DNA of 32,000 nucleotides, taken from positions 352,979-384,978 of the forward strand of contig NZ_KK211037.1 in the NCBI RefSeq assembly GCF_000619845.1. Reading direction: 5' to 3'. This document shows, in pieces, positions 8,283-18,162 of the stretch. A program made the position numbers and the translations under genes. This DNA comes from Alkanindiges illinoisensis DSM 15370 (GTDB taxonomy: Bacteria > Pseudomonadota > Gammaproteobacteria > Pseudomonadales > Moraxellaceae). The number at the start of each line of letters is the position of its first letter. Positions within the stretch are counted from its first letter, which is position 1. Below the pieces are notes generated by a model. The model was given only the letters and a program-made list of their open reading frames with translations, was not told where the DNA came from and did not search any database.

Positions 8283-9188
8283 CTACCACAATTTCAAATT
8301 CTGAATCCGTTGCATTGCAGCGGCCAGCAATAAGGGCTGAATCAAAGTCATCACCAGTGGCAGATATAAATATGCATCACTGTGCATATATTGCCCCTGA
8401 ATCGACGACTGAAAAAAGCCCATGGCAATCAGCGTGCTAATAATTACTGAATAGACCAGCACAGCCAGTGCCGTTCCCGAAAATCGCCCAATAAATGCCA
8501 CTAGAATCAGGGTTGCTGAAATATAAATATACGGATCGGGCAAGTACACAAAGCCAAACAGCGCAATCAGTAGGGCCAGCAAAATACACATCAAAAAGGT
8601 AAAAGACTGATTAATCTGTATAAAATCCTGCCAGCCATAATTAACCAGCAACAACCCAGTAGGAATAATGGAAATTGCACCTACCACGCTGCCCGTGAAC
8701 AAAAATAACCAGCCCTGTTCATAGGGGACTAGCCCATAAATAATTAACACCAGTGCACCAAGCGATGCACTAATTGCAATGGGCAGCAATAGCAGAGAAA
8801 GCATTTTCAGCAGAACCAGCGGATTTTCCGTGCATTGCCGCAACGGAATAAAGCGGCGCAGACAATATGCGCTTAAACCAATTTCCAGTAAATTACTGGG
8901 AATAAATGCCAGGCTCATGCCAATCGGATCATGAAATACCAGATTGGCACAAATGTTACCCAGCGCGGCCAGAATCAGAAAAATGTACCAGTCGCGATAG
9001 GCAAAGACTTGTAAAAACATCACCATAATGGCATTGGCATACCAGATAGCTGCCACGCTACCCGGTTGTCTGGAAATATAAATACAGTAGAGAGCTGCAA
9101 TAAAATACAGCACAAAAGCCAGTAAAAAAATACCAACGCGACGACCTTGCAGCGAAAGCATTTGGTTCTCATGATGGGTTAATAGCAT
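8283..9188 (-). CDS. Polytopic inner-membrane protein, MASE1-like sensor domain with no output domain
   Basis: 301 aa and almost entirely hydrophobic helices. The AAIWYANAI segment resembles the MASE1 AxIWPxxGI signature. No cytoplasmic domain follows. The start is uncertain (M1 at 9188 or M10 at 9161). Confidence 0.4.
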   Translation of the reverse strand: MLLTHHENQMLSLQGRRVGIFLLAFVLYFIAALYCIYISRQPGSVAAIWYANAIMVMFLQVFAYRDWYIFLILAALGNICANLVFHDPIGMSLAFIPSNLLEIGLSAYCLRRFIPLRQCTENPLVLLKMLSLLLLPIAISASLGALVLIIYGLVPYEQGWLFLFTGSVVGAISIIPTGLLLVNYGWQDFIQINQSFTFLMCILLALLIALFGFVYLPDPYIYISATLILVAFIGRFSGTALAVLVYSVIISTLIAMGFFQSSIQGQYMHSDAYLYLPLVMTLIQPLLLAAAMQRIQNLKLW

Positions 9189-9471
9189 GATATTGATGAG
9201 CCAGCGCCGAAGACGGATGAATTACAAATTGTATAGACACTAGAACTAAATAAGCCTTGAGCTAAAACAGGCATATTTTCAAAAACATGCTGTAGTGTAG
9301 CATAAAGCCTTCTGCCGGGTATTTTAGCCTTTAGCCCCTAGACAGGATTTTTATGTAGTCTTTTGTAGAGCTTTAAAGAAAAGGCTAGCCCAAACTCAAT
9401 AATAAAATATGGCTTAGCCTCTTAGCTTAAATAATCCGTTTAAAAAATTCATAATTTCAATTAGGGATTGA

Positions 9472-10227
9472 TTAATACTCATCAAATTCCTGCACAAGCC
9501 CAGCTTCAATTTCCTGTAGCGCATCCAGTGAGATTTTACGAATTTCAAACAACGGATTTTTTAATAGGGCATTGATGCTATACAGGGCATCAGTATCCCA
9601 GTTCTTGATGCGGATTTGCTGGTTTTTTACGTTATAACTAATATTGGGATGACTGGTAATCAGGGCATGGAACAGGACTGGTGTGCTGGACAGGTCTTCC
9701 AGAGCGCCAGTGAACTCTAATGAGGAACCCTGTTCATCAAAAATAAATTCCAGTTGGTCTTTTAGCTGTTCAGGACTGGCTGCATAAATGAGCCCGGTAA
9801 AAAACTCATCGTAAGTCTTATACCATTCCTGCTGCTTAACCGACCAGAGTGCATAAAATACGGGAACTTGCTCAAAACTAATTAACTGATAGCTTTGCAT
9901 GCCTGCACGTTGAACAAATTCAAAGGTATCATCATCACTTAATTCTACGGGTAAGGTATCTTCCCTGACCTCATAGCCTGTCGCAATGTGCTTGCCGCAG
10001 CGTTCAAATACAAAGGCATCCAGCGCTTTTAATTTTTCTTGGCTGGCATTAAACAGGGCTTCAACTTCATATAAGGCAAAGTTTCGTGCAGCCTCAATTT
10101 CAAGTTGTTTATACATTTGCTCGGCCTGTGTCTTGTCGTGAAAGACATTGGCAATCCGGTTACCGGCCACATAAAATACTTCATCGTTATAGCCAAAGCA
10201 CTTGGCGCGAATCACATAAGTACTCAT
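9472..10227 (-). CDS. Acidic hypothetical protein (251 aa)
   Basis: A long ORF with a strong SD (AGGAG, 6 nt before the ATG at 10227). I recognise no motif in it. Confidence 0.6.
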   Translation of the reverse strand: MSTYVIRAKCFGYNDEVFYVAGNRIANVFHDKTQAEQMYKQLEIEAARNFALYEVEALFNASQEKLKALDAFVFERCGKHIATGYEVREDTLPVELSDDDTFEFVQRAGMQSYQLISFEQVPVFYALWSVKQQEWYKTYDEFFTGLIYAASPEQLKDQLEFIFDEQGSSLEFTGALEDLSSTPVLFHALITSHPNISYNVKNQQIRIKNWDTDALYSINALLKNPLFEIRKISLDALQEIEAGLVQEFDEY

Positions 10228-10439
10228 CCCATACTCCTTGATTGTCTTTTCTAAGTTGGCATTTATAAATCGGTTAGTTGGTAAATTAAGGGATTTTTTT
10301 ATAAAAAGTAATTCGAAAACAGGACACTAGCGTCATACTGGGTCGTAAAAGGCAGATGTGCAACTCAGGCAGTAAAAGCATGGCACTTAAAAACCGCCAC
10401 TTGAGAACCAATCACTTAAAAACAGGTGAGCAGGAACAC

Positions 10440-10462
10440 AAAAAGCCGCAATGATGCGGCTT
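10440..10462 (-). terminator. Intrinsic terminator of infA (the hairpin is also usable on the + strand)
   Basis: On the minus strand GCCGCA-TCAT-TGCGGC is followed by TTTTT. On the plus strand the same hairpin is followed by TTTGGGCGTTTTT. Confidence 0.75.
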
Positions 10463-10479
10463 TGGGCGTTTTTAAAAAC

Positions 10480-10701
10480 TTAGCGGGCGCGGTACGTAAT
10501 GCGTCCCTTGGTTAGGTCATACGGGGTCATTTCAACCTTGACCTGATCACCAGTCAGAATGCGGATATAGTGTTTGCGCATTTTACCGGAAATGTGAGCA
10601 ATCACTTCGTGACCATTTTCCAGACGAACACGGAACATGGTGTTTGGCAATGTCTCGGTGACAACGCCTTCAAACTCAATGAGTTCTTCTTTGTTGGCCA
10701 T
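10480..10701 (-). CDS. infA: Translation initiation factor IF-1
   Basis: The 73-aa sequence [72 protein letters not shown] is canonical IF-1. Confidence 0.98.
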   Translation of the reverse strand: MANKEELIEFEGVVTETLPNTMFRVRLENGHEVIAHISGKMRKHYIRILTGDQVKVEMTPYDLTKGRITYRAR

Positions 10702-10934
10702 AGCCTACCTGATACGAAAAGATAAGGCGCAAATTATAGACAGTTTTGGCCAAGAAAACAATCCATTCTGGTGGCTGCGCGTCCACTCATTTGGCGAATA
10801 ATTGCAGGCCAGTGCCTCGACAATACGTTTCATTTCTGGTTGTATGACATTAAACTAGGCTGTCAATTCAGCCAATAACCTGACAGAATGGTTTGGTTAA
10901 GTATTGGCAACTTAAGGCAAATGAGAGCGTAGAT

Positions 10935-11945
10935 ATGGCGGGACAACTGACAGATGCTTCAATTATTTTGCGCTTGGGTTATCAGGCCATGCGCCGGGCC
11001 AATATGCCGGTGGAACAAATTCTGGGACGTGCCGGGGTTGCCTTAAATCAGGTTGATGCCCGCAAGCGCACGCCATTAAGTGCACAGGTGGCCTTCTGGC
11101 AGGCTGCCGAAGAAGTTACAGGTGACCCTGATGTTGGCCTGCATCTAGGCGAACATTTGCCATTGTACCGCGGGCAGGTAATTGAATACCTGTTTATGAG
11201 TAGTGGCACCTTTGGTGAAGGGCTCAAGCGGGCACTGGCCTATCAGCGCCTGATTAGTGATGCGCTCAATGCCCAACTGGTGGTCGACAGCAAAAGCTGC
11301 TATCTGACCAATGGCCGCATAGAATACTCGGATACCAAGGTACAACGTCACTTTAGTGAGTGTGTTGTCTCAGGCGCTTTACGTTTTTTTAATTTTGTTA
11401 CCGAAGGCCGCTTTCAGGTGACTTGTCTGGATTTTAACTATAACCACGGTGCCAGTGAAGCAGAATACCGCCGGGTATTTAACTGTCCAGTACGCTTGGG
11501 GCAAACCGAAACCCGCCTGTATTTTGAGCCAGCCATTCTGGATTATCCACTATGGCAGTCTGAACCTGAGCTGTTGCGTTTACATGAGCAACTGGCACTG
11601 GAAAAGCTTCAGGAACTGGCACGTTATGATCTGGTTGGTGAAGTGCGCCGTGCCATTGGTTCTACGCTGGAAAGTGGCGAAACCACACTGGAAACCGTTG
11701 CTGCCCAATTGAATATCACACCGCGCCGCCTGCGTACCCAGCTCAGTGAAGCCAATACCTGTTTTCAGCAAATCCTGTCGGACTATCGCTGTCGGCTGGC
11801 CAAACGTCTACTGTCGCAAACCAATGAAAGTGTAGAGCGGATTGTGTATTTAACCGGGTTTTCCGAGCCAAGCACTTTTTACCGGGCTTTTAAACGCTGG
11901 ACCAATGAAACGCCGGTAGAGTATCGCAAGCGTAAACAGCAATAA
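10935..11945 (+). CDS. AraC family transcriptional regulator (N-terminal AraC-binding-like domain plus C-terminal HTH)
   Basis: The C-terminal signature is IVYLTGFSEPSTFYRAFKRWTNETPVEYR, and the N-terminal region (DPDVGLHLGEH) is typical of the OruR/ArgR-like subgroup. I prefer the ATG at 10935 (MAGQLTD) over the TTG at 10893. Confidence 0.85.
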   Translation: MAGQLTDASIILRLGYQAMRRANMPVEQILGRAGVALNQVDARKRTPLSAQVAFWQAAEEVTGDPDVGLHLGEHLPLYRGQVIEYLFMSSGTFGEGLKRALAYQRLISDALNAQLVVDSKSCYLTNGRIEYSDTKVQRHFSECVVSGALRFFNFVTEGRFQVTCLDFNYNHGASEAEYRRVFNCPVRLGQTETRLYFEPAILDYPLWQSEPELLRLHEQLALEKLQELARYDLVGEVRRAIGSTLESGETTLETVAAQLNITPRRLRTQLSEANTCFQQILSDYRCRLAKRLLSQTNESVERIVYLTGFSEPSTFYRAFKRWTNETPVEYRKRKQQ

Positions 11946-11999
11946 AGCCCAAGCATTAAGAAGGCTTTATCGTGATTAATACAATAATATAAGCCGGGT

Positions 12000-12797
12000 T
12001 TATGCTGGCAGGTTTAACCAGACTGGCCCCAGATCTACTGAGGGCAGGTTAAATTCTGACGGATAATAAGCCTGAATAAAATACAGGCCATCAGGCGGTG
12101 CAGTAATGCCTGCCTGATTGCGATCCTGCACTTCAAGCAAATAATCCATCCATTCCGGTTCATGCTCGCCTGTGCCAATTTCCAGCAATGTGCCGACAAT
12201 ATTTCGCACCATGTGATGCAAAAAACCGTCGGCCTGAATATCCAGGATTAAAAATGCGCCATGCCGGAACAAACGGGCATGGGTGACCTGACGCACGGGC
12301 TGGTTGGACTGACAAGCCGCTGCCCGAAAACTGGTGAAATTATGGGTGCCCACCAGCTTGTCCACAGCCTTGAGCATGTTATCCACATTTAAATCCTGAT
12401 AAACATGAGTCACTTGCCCATAAAGCGAAGCAGGCCGAAAGCGGTGCTGATAAATAACATAACGATAACGGCGCGCACAGGCCTTAAAGCGGGCATGAAA
12501 ATCGCTACCCATGGGCTGAATCCAGCGCAGGGCAATATCCTTGGGCAGCAGGGTGTTGGCGCCCATAATCCAGCCGCGCTCCGGGCGAATTGCACTGGTA
12601 TCAAAATGGGCAATCATGTTACTGGCATGCACCCCGGCATCGGTACGCCCGGCAGCATGTACCTCCACCTTGTGATTGGCAATTTTGCTTAAGGCATTTT
12701 CAATAGTAAGTTGTACACTGGCAACGCCAACCTGCTGAGTTTGCCAGCCCCGGTAATGCTGGCCATTAAACTCAATTCCAATTGCATAGCGTTGCAT
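12000..12797 (-). CDS. truA: tRNA pseudouridine(38-40) synthase
   Basis: MQRYAIGIEFNGQHYRGWQ, the catalytic motif GRTDAGVHA, and conserved synteny with fimV and asd. I chose the start at the ATG at 12797. Confidence 0.92.
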   Translation of the reverse strand: MQRYAIGIEFNGQHYRGWQTQQVGVASVQLTIENALSKIANHKVEVHAAGRTDAGVHASNMIAHFDTSAIRPERGWIMGANTLLPKDIALRWIQPMGSDFHARFKACARRYRYVIYQHRFRPASLYGQVTHVYQDLNVDNMLKAVDKLVGTHNFTSFRAAACQSNQPVRQVTHARLFRHGAFLILDIQADGFLHHMVRNIVGTLLEIGTGEHEPEWMDYLLEVQDRNQAGITAPPDGLYFIQAYYPSEFNLPSVDLGPVWLNLPA

Positions 12798-12821
12798 AAG
12801 ATCCCCGCACAAAAAGTGTTA

Positions 12822-13820
12822 TCAACTGAGGCGCTGTTGCCACTGCTGCTGGCGTTGCCCAAAACTAAGCGGCTGACACAAGAGCCAGGCCAGACGGGCA
12901 TAGCTTGCTGCCAGTGACAAATTGCCTGCGGATAATACACCAAATTGTGCCAGCCAATGCCCGGCAGCATAGCTAAAATTCACGCCGCCAAAAGCCACTT
13001 GAGTACTGAGTACAACAAAAACTTTGGCAAGCTGTGCCTGTTGTAATACTGCTTCAATGGCTGCATGTTGTGGCAGATTACCTGCACCAAACGCCAGAAT
13101 AATCAAAGCCTGTGGTTTGCTACTTAGCAGATGTTGGAGCTGCTGCGCCAGTATTGCAGGGCTTAAAGGAAGCGCGTAATACACGGCAATATTCAGGCTG
13201 GACAGGGCTTCAAGCGCTAGTAGAGGCTGCTCAGGCGCTGGACGTGATGCCACTGATATACCAGCAAAGGCAGGGGTCCTGCTGGTATGAATTTTTTGCA
13301 CGGTGTGGGCAGGCCAGATGTGTCCATCAAAAGCCACCCAACAGTTGCTATGCGCTAACGAAGAACTATGACAAAGCTGCTGATAGGCTGTGGCTAAATT
13401 GCTTAAGGCATCACTGTGTGGATTGATCGCATTACCACTGGATTCCAATAGAGGATACTGGCTACCCGTAAGGACTAGCTGGACAGGCTCTGCCACCATA
13501 GCATGAATAAATTCCGCTAAAAAGGCAGCGGTATATGCCAGCGTATCGGTGCCATGCACAATCAGGATCTGGTGAATGCCCTGCTGTACCATTTGCTGAA
13601 TTTTTTGCAGCAAATCCTGCCAGTCTTGTGGCTGAAGCTGGCTGCTATCGCGGATCTGCTGGCTAGCCACAAAATATTGCAGTGCGGGGTAATCATCCTG
13701 CAAGAGCTGTTGCAGCCTGGGTAAAAAAATCTCAGCAGGTAGCGGCACTAAGGGCTGGCCTGTACAGCCAAAGGTGCCACCCATGTAGAGCAGTGCGATT
13801 GTGGAAAGCGCTGTGTTCAT
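12822..13820 (-). CDS. Asparaginase-family protein (type I L-asparaginase-like)
   Basis: It has the N-terminal YMGGTFG motif (compare GGTI) and the second active-site motif VHGTDTLAYTAA. I chose the start at 13820 because AAGGAAA lies just upstream. Confidence 0.7.
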   Translation of the reverse strand: MNTALSTIALLYMGGTFGCTGQPLVPLPAEIFLPRLQQLLQDDYPALQYFVASQQIRDSSQLQPQDWQDLLQKIQQMVQQGIHQILIVHGTDTLAYTAAFLAEFIHAMVAEPVQLVLTGSQYPLLESSGNAINPHSDALSNLATAYQQLCHSSSLAHSNCWVAFDGHIWPAHTVQKIHTSRTPAFAGISVASRPAPEQPLLALEALSSLNIAVYYALPLSPAILAQQLQHLLSSKPQALIILAFGAGNLPQHAAIEAVLQQAQLAKVFVVLSTQVAFGGVNFSYAAGHWLAQFGVLSAGNLSLAASYARLAWLLCQPLSFGQRQQQWQQRLS

Positions 13821-13932
13821 GAATTTCCTTAGCCTGCAAATCATTGTTTCCAGCCACAGGATTTAACGGCTAATGCTGGATCAGCAAAAAACAGGCATCA
13901 CTGTAATCAAAAAAGATTCATCCAGCTTTATA

Positions 13933-13972
13933 ACAAAAAAGGCAACTTTAGTTAACTTAACCAAAGTTGCCC
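13933..13972 (-). terminator. Intrinsic terminator downstream of fimV
   Basis: On the minus strand GGCAACTTT-(13-nt loop)-AAAGTTGCC is followed by TTTTTT. Confidence 0.8.
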
Positions 13973-13996
13973 TTGAAGTGTAGGAGAGCTATTAAA

Positions 13997-16705
13997 TTAT
14001 GACGCCAGCTTTTGCATTAAATGCTGTGCTTGAGCCTGTTGCTGGGGGTTACCCTGATTGATTACTTCACCCAGCAGTTCACGGGCGCTGGCACGTTCAC
14101 CCAGATTAATATAGCTTTCAGCCAGCTCAAGGTTGGTTTGCTGGACGTCCAGGTTAACCAGAAATGGAAATTCCTTGGCCAGAAAATCTTCCGGACTGGC
14201 AGAAGTATCGGCAGGCGTGACTGATACAGTAGCAGTGGACGTTGGCGTGGTTGAGGTGCCAATGTTGAAGTCCTGATCGTCAAAACCATCAGCCCAATTG
14301 GTATCCGTAACTTCCAGGTTTTCCAGATTCACCTGCGGCACTATTGGTGCTTTTGCCGCTTCTTTTGGCTGATCCAGTTCAAGGTTAAAGCGGGTTGGCG
14401 CTGGTTCGGGAACCTTTACTTCTTCCAGAACAAAAGAATCATTCAGGTCGAATTCCAGATCAATCGGCGCGTCTTCTGGTACTGCTTTCGCCGTAACAGG
14501 CTCAAAATCAACAGGCTTGGCCTGTGGTTGTACCTGAGGTTTACTGTCAAACTCATCCAGATTCAGGTCAAAAGTGGCTGTTTCGGTCTTGTCAGCAGGT
14601 TCCTGTGTAAAACCAAACTCAGCTTCCAGTTCAGCCAGTGACTGGTCGGCAGCAGAAGAAGGGACTTCCACTTCCTGTGGCATGGCAGGAGCAGATTTTG
14701 CATCAAATTCAATAACATTATTTTCAGCAGTGGCAGGTTTGCTACTTTCGAAATTAAAGCTTAAATCATCAACTGGCGTAAACTCTTCAGCAGGTTTTGG
14801 CTGCAACAGCATGCGCATTTTTTCAGCGTGCTGAGTAGTTTCTGGCTGATTAAACGCTGTAACAATACTAAACTGCTGTTCAAAACCATCAATTTCATTT
14901 TGCAGGGCATACACTTCAAGCAGTTTTACCTGAAGATCAACGCGCTCTGGATTCTTGCCAATGGCATCCTTAAGCAGGCCAACCGCCTGAGTATAGCGAT
15001 CACGCTCAATATAGCTTTGTACTTCCTGCAGCACATCGGTTTTTACCGCCTGAGCTACAGGCCGGGCAACGGGTACAGGTGCTTCAGTAGCAACCGGCGC
15101 CGCTGGGCGGGCAACAGGCTGTTCTTTTGCAGCAACTGGGGCTGGGCGCTTGGCGACTGGGCGCTTGGCTTTGCCACGGGCAGCAGGCTTTTTGGCAGAT
15201 TTGCCCATCAAGACCTTGGCTGCAATCGCACCAATGACCACCACTGCTACAGCAATGATGATCCAGATCGGGAAACCTCCGCCACTGTCACCTTCTGCGG
15301 CGCGTGCCATATTGGGCGCAAACCCAAACAGGCCCATACTGGCAAAAGCAACGATAGGGAGAATGGCATTGGCTGCCTTTTTGGGAGGCAGGGCTTGCAG
15401 GGGCTGCTTTTGCGCAGGCAGTTTTTTAGCCTGATTGCGCGTTTTCAGCTGATGTTCCAGTTCGGCGAGTTTAGCGTTTAGCATGGCGATCTTCTTATCG
15501 TTTAGCGCGAGTTGAGCGTCCAGCTCACTCACTTCATGTTGCATTAAAACTGTTTTACGACGTTCTTGACCAATTTTCAAGACTATTTCGCGCGGCAGCG
15601 GTTGAAAACCTACATTTTGACCAGTCGTGCTGTTTCCTTGAGCACTTCCTTGCACATTTGGTGCCACAAGGGTTAGCTCGGCTTTGGGCAGGCGGCCACT
15701 ACGATTAACTGGCGCACTGCTGGAAGCTGCTGGCGTTTTAGGCACAGGCTTGAATGGCGGTGTTGTTTGTGGCGTAGCAACCAGTGCCGTGTTTTGTTCA
15801 CGCTCTGGCAGGATCAGGGTTGCACCACGCTTAAGCTGGTTCGGGTTGCCGGCAATAAAGGCATCCTGATTCAGGTTGCGGATCTGCTGCATGATCTGGC
15901 CCACAGGCTGCTTGAGCTGTGGTTCCAGTTGCTTGGCAATTTTCCACAATGATTCATTTTTTTTGACCACATGGCGCGGTTGATTTTTTCTGGGCGCAGT
16001 AGACACTTCAACTTCTTTAGGCACAGCCACGGACTTACTGGTAGCTGGCTGACTGGCTGACGGCTGGGCTTTCATGTCTGGTGGCTGGGCATTTGCCACA
16101 TTTAACCTGCGCTCGGTACTGGGCAGCGGGCGTTCATTACGACTGGCTGGCACGTCAATGGTGGGCATGCTGGAAGTAGCTAGGGATACCGGGGGCGTGC
16201 TGCTGGCCTGAGCTTGTATCTGTACTTGATTCTGGGCTTGTGTGTTCAGGTTAATAACTTTCTTGTTTTTATCAGCCGGGTCAATCATGGCACTCACCCG
16301 TTGCAGACGCGTATTCTGGCCATTTTTAACCCGCAGTACAAAGTCAACAAATGGTTCATTTACCGGCTGGCGGCCACGAATTACAATGACACCACGGTCA
16401 CTGGAAATGGCTTGAACATTAAAGCTTAATGTCCCGTTATAGGAACCTGATTTCACTCCAAGGTCAGCCAGTTCCTGAGAAGTGGCCATGCCTACGGAAA
16501 GATCCTGTAGTCTCACTGCGCCAAGATCTGATAATGCAACTTCGGCATAGAACGGCTCACCCAGCGCAGACTTGACCTGAACCGGCTGGATAATCAGGGC
16601 ATGCGCGAGGGACGGCGAAAGCACGGAAGCAGGCACCAGTGAGAAAGAAAACAGGGGTAATAATCCGGTGCTTAAGCTGGCAAAAAGACGCTTACGCAAG
16701 ACCAT
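13997..16705 (-). CDS. fimV: FimV-like peptidoglycan-binding (LysM) type IV pilus assembly/polar hub protein
   Basis: 902 aa with a signal peptide, a LysM segment (HVVKKNESLWKIAKQL...), a coiled coil, a single TM helix (FPIWIIIAVAVVVIGAIAAKVL), a low-complexity acidic/Pro-rich region and a C-terminal TPR-like motif (LELAESYINLGERASARELL). It lies between asd and truA, as in Pseudomonas. Confidence 0.88.
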   Translation of the reverse strand: MVLRKRLFASLSTGLLPLFSFSLVPASVLSPSLAHALIIQPVQVKSALGEPFYAEVALSDLGAVRLQDLSVGMATSQELADLGVKSGSYNGTLSFNVQAISSDRGVIVIRGRQPVNEPFVDFVLRVKNGQNTRLQRVSAMIDPADKNKKVINLNTQAQNQVQIQAQASSTPPVSLATSSMPTIDVPASRNERPLPSTERRLNVANAQPPDMKAQPSASQPATSKSVAVPKEVEVSTAPRKNQPRHVVKKNESLWKIAKQLEPQLKQPVGQIMQQIRNLNQDAFIAGNPNQLKRGATLILPEREQNTALVATPQTTPPFKPVPKTPAASSSAPVNRSGRLPKAELTLVAPNVQGSAQGNSTTGQNVGFQPLPREIVLKIGQERRKTVLMQHEVSELDAQLALNDKKIAMLNAKLAELEHQLKTRNQAKKLPAQKQPLQALPPKKAANAILPIVAFASMGLFGFAPNMARAAEGDSGGGFPIWIIIAVAVVVIGAIAAKVLMGKSAKKPAARGKAKRPVAKRPAPVAAKEQPVARPAAPVATEAPVPVARPVAQAVKTDVLQEVQSYIERDRYTQAVGLLKDAIGKNPERVDLQVKLLEVYALQNEIDGFEQQFSIVTAFNQPETTQHAEKMRMLLQPKPAEEFTPVDDLSFNFESSKPATAENNVIEFDAKSAPAMPQEVEVPSSAADQSLAELEAEFGFTQEPADKTETATFDLNLDEFDSKPQVQPQAKPVDFEPVTAKAVPEDAPIDLEFDLNDSFVLEEVKVPEPAPTRFNLELDQPKEAAKAPIVPQVNLENLEVTDTNWADGFDDQDFNIGTSTTPTSTATVSVTPADTSASPEDFLAKEFPFLVNLDVQQTNLELAESYINLGERASARELLGEVINQGNPQQQAQAQHLMQKLAS

Positions 16706-16854
16706 ACTAAAATTCCATTATGCTAGTGAATGATCTTTTTCCGTAGGAAAATGAAGACAATAAATAGGTTGGATAACAAGATGATTTGTAACATAAATGG
16801 GCAAGCGACTCAATCAGAGATTGCTTGCCCATATATTATGCAGGCCGTATTAGA

Positions 16855-17979
16855 TCAGGCAGACTGATGCTCAATCAGCAGGCGTAACATCCGGCGCAGT
16901 GGCTCGGCAGCGCCCCATAACAACTGGTCACCCACGGTAAATGCACCCAGATACTGGTTACCCATGTTCAGCTTACGCATACGGCCAACCGGAACACTAA
17001 GTGTGCCAGTAACGGCAACCGGAGTCAGATCAGTCATGCTGGCTTCACGAGTATTGGGCACGACTTTAACCCAGTCGTTGGATTCACGGATCATGGCTTC
17101 AATTTCATCCATGGGCACATCCTGTTTCAGCTTGATGGTAAGGGCTTGGGAGTGACAACGCATGGCGCCAATCCGTACACACAGGCCATCAATTGGGATA
17201 ATATCTTGGCCTTGCAGACCCAGAATCTTGTTGGATTCGGCCTGGCCTTTCCATTCTTCCTTGGACTGGCCATTGTCCAGCTGCTTGTCAATATAAGGAA
17301 TCAGGGAGCCTGCCAGCGGTACACCAAAGTTGGCTTTGGGGAAACCATCGCCACGTTGCAGTTCGGCCACCTGACGGTCAATATCCAGAATGGCACTGGC
17401 CGGATTGTCCAGCAAATCCTTAACGCCATCACGCAGGTAGCCCATGCCGCCAATCAGCTCACGCATGTTTTGAGCACCGGCACCGGACGCAGCCTGATAG
17501 GTCATGGCAGTCATCCACTCCACCAGATTGTTCTGGTACAGCGCACCCACAGCCATCAGCATGAGGGATACAGTACAGTTGCCGCCTACATAATTCTTGA
17601 TGCCTTTGCTTAAGCCATCTTTAATGACATTGAGGTTTACCGGATCCAGCACAATAATGGCGTCATCCTGCATGCGCAGGGTACTGGCAGCGTCGATCCA
17701 GTAGCCTTTCCAGCCGTCATTGCGCAGCTTGGGAAAAACGTCACTGGTGTAATCGCCGCCCTGACAGGTCACAATTACATCCATTTGCTTCAGGGCGTTA
17801 ATATCAGTGGCGTTCAGCAGGGCAGGCGCGGTTTTATTGCCATATGTTGGCGCATCGCCGCCTGCATTACTGGTTGAAAAATAGTATGGCTCAAAATGCG
17901 CAAAGTCATTTTCCTCAACCATACGTTGCATCAGCACAGAACCTACCATGCCGCGCCAACCAACCAAACCCACTTTCAT
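16855..17979 (-). CDS. asd: Aspartate-semialdehyde dehydrogenase
   Basis: [20 protein letters not shown]... is the canonical Asd N-terminus. The hairpin ATGGGCAAGC/GCTTGCCCAT at 16797-16832 lies downstream. I chose the start at 17979, not 18030. Confidence 0.95.
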   Translation of the reverse strand: MKVGLVGWRGMVGSVLMQRMVEENDFAHFEPYYFSTSNAGGDAPTYGNKTAPALLNATDINALKQMDVIVTCQGGDYTSDVFPKLRNDGWKGYWIDAASTLRMQDDAIIVLDPVNLNVIKDGLSKGIKNYVGGNCTVSLMLMAVGALYQNNLVEWMTAMTYQAASGAGAQNMRELIGGMGYLRDGVKDLLDNPASAILDIDRQVAELQRGDGFPKANFGVPLAGSLIPYIDKQLDNGQSKEEWKGQAESNKILGLQGQDIIPIDGLCVRIGAMRCHSQALTIKLKQDVPMDEIEAMIRESNDWVKVVPNTREASMTDLTPVAVTGTLSVPVGRMRKLNMGNQYLGAFTVGDQLLWGAAEPLRRMLRLLIEHQSA

Positions 17980-18162
17980 ATCATTACGCCTCAAGTCGCA
18001 TGTCGTGTACAAAGTAGCCGAGTTTAACAAAACTACGACCTGCCTGCACGTTTAGCATGCAATAAACCATAAAAAGTTCAAATTTTTAGGGCTACTAAAT
18101 ACCCTGCAAAAAATCCTAGAATTAAGGCATGATTAAGAATGAAAGATATTGACTGTTAAAAC

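Noticed and set aside
10300-10475. Possible plus-strand sRNA ending at the bidirectional hairpin downstream of infA
   Set aside because: The only evidence is that the hairpin is followed by a T tract on both strands. I could identify no promoter or conserved structure.
14828-15481. 217-aa plus-strand ORF, along with other long antisense ORFs at 4695-5246, 12405-12692, 17146-17613, 23554-23907 and 24018-24366
   Set aside because: All lie entirely antisense to genes with unmistakable family signatures (fimV, serA, truA, asd, uup). They have Cys/Arg/His-rich or low-complexity translations typical of shadow ORFs.
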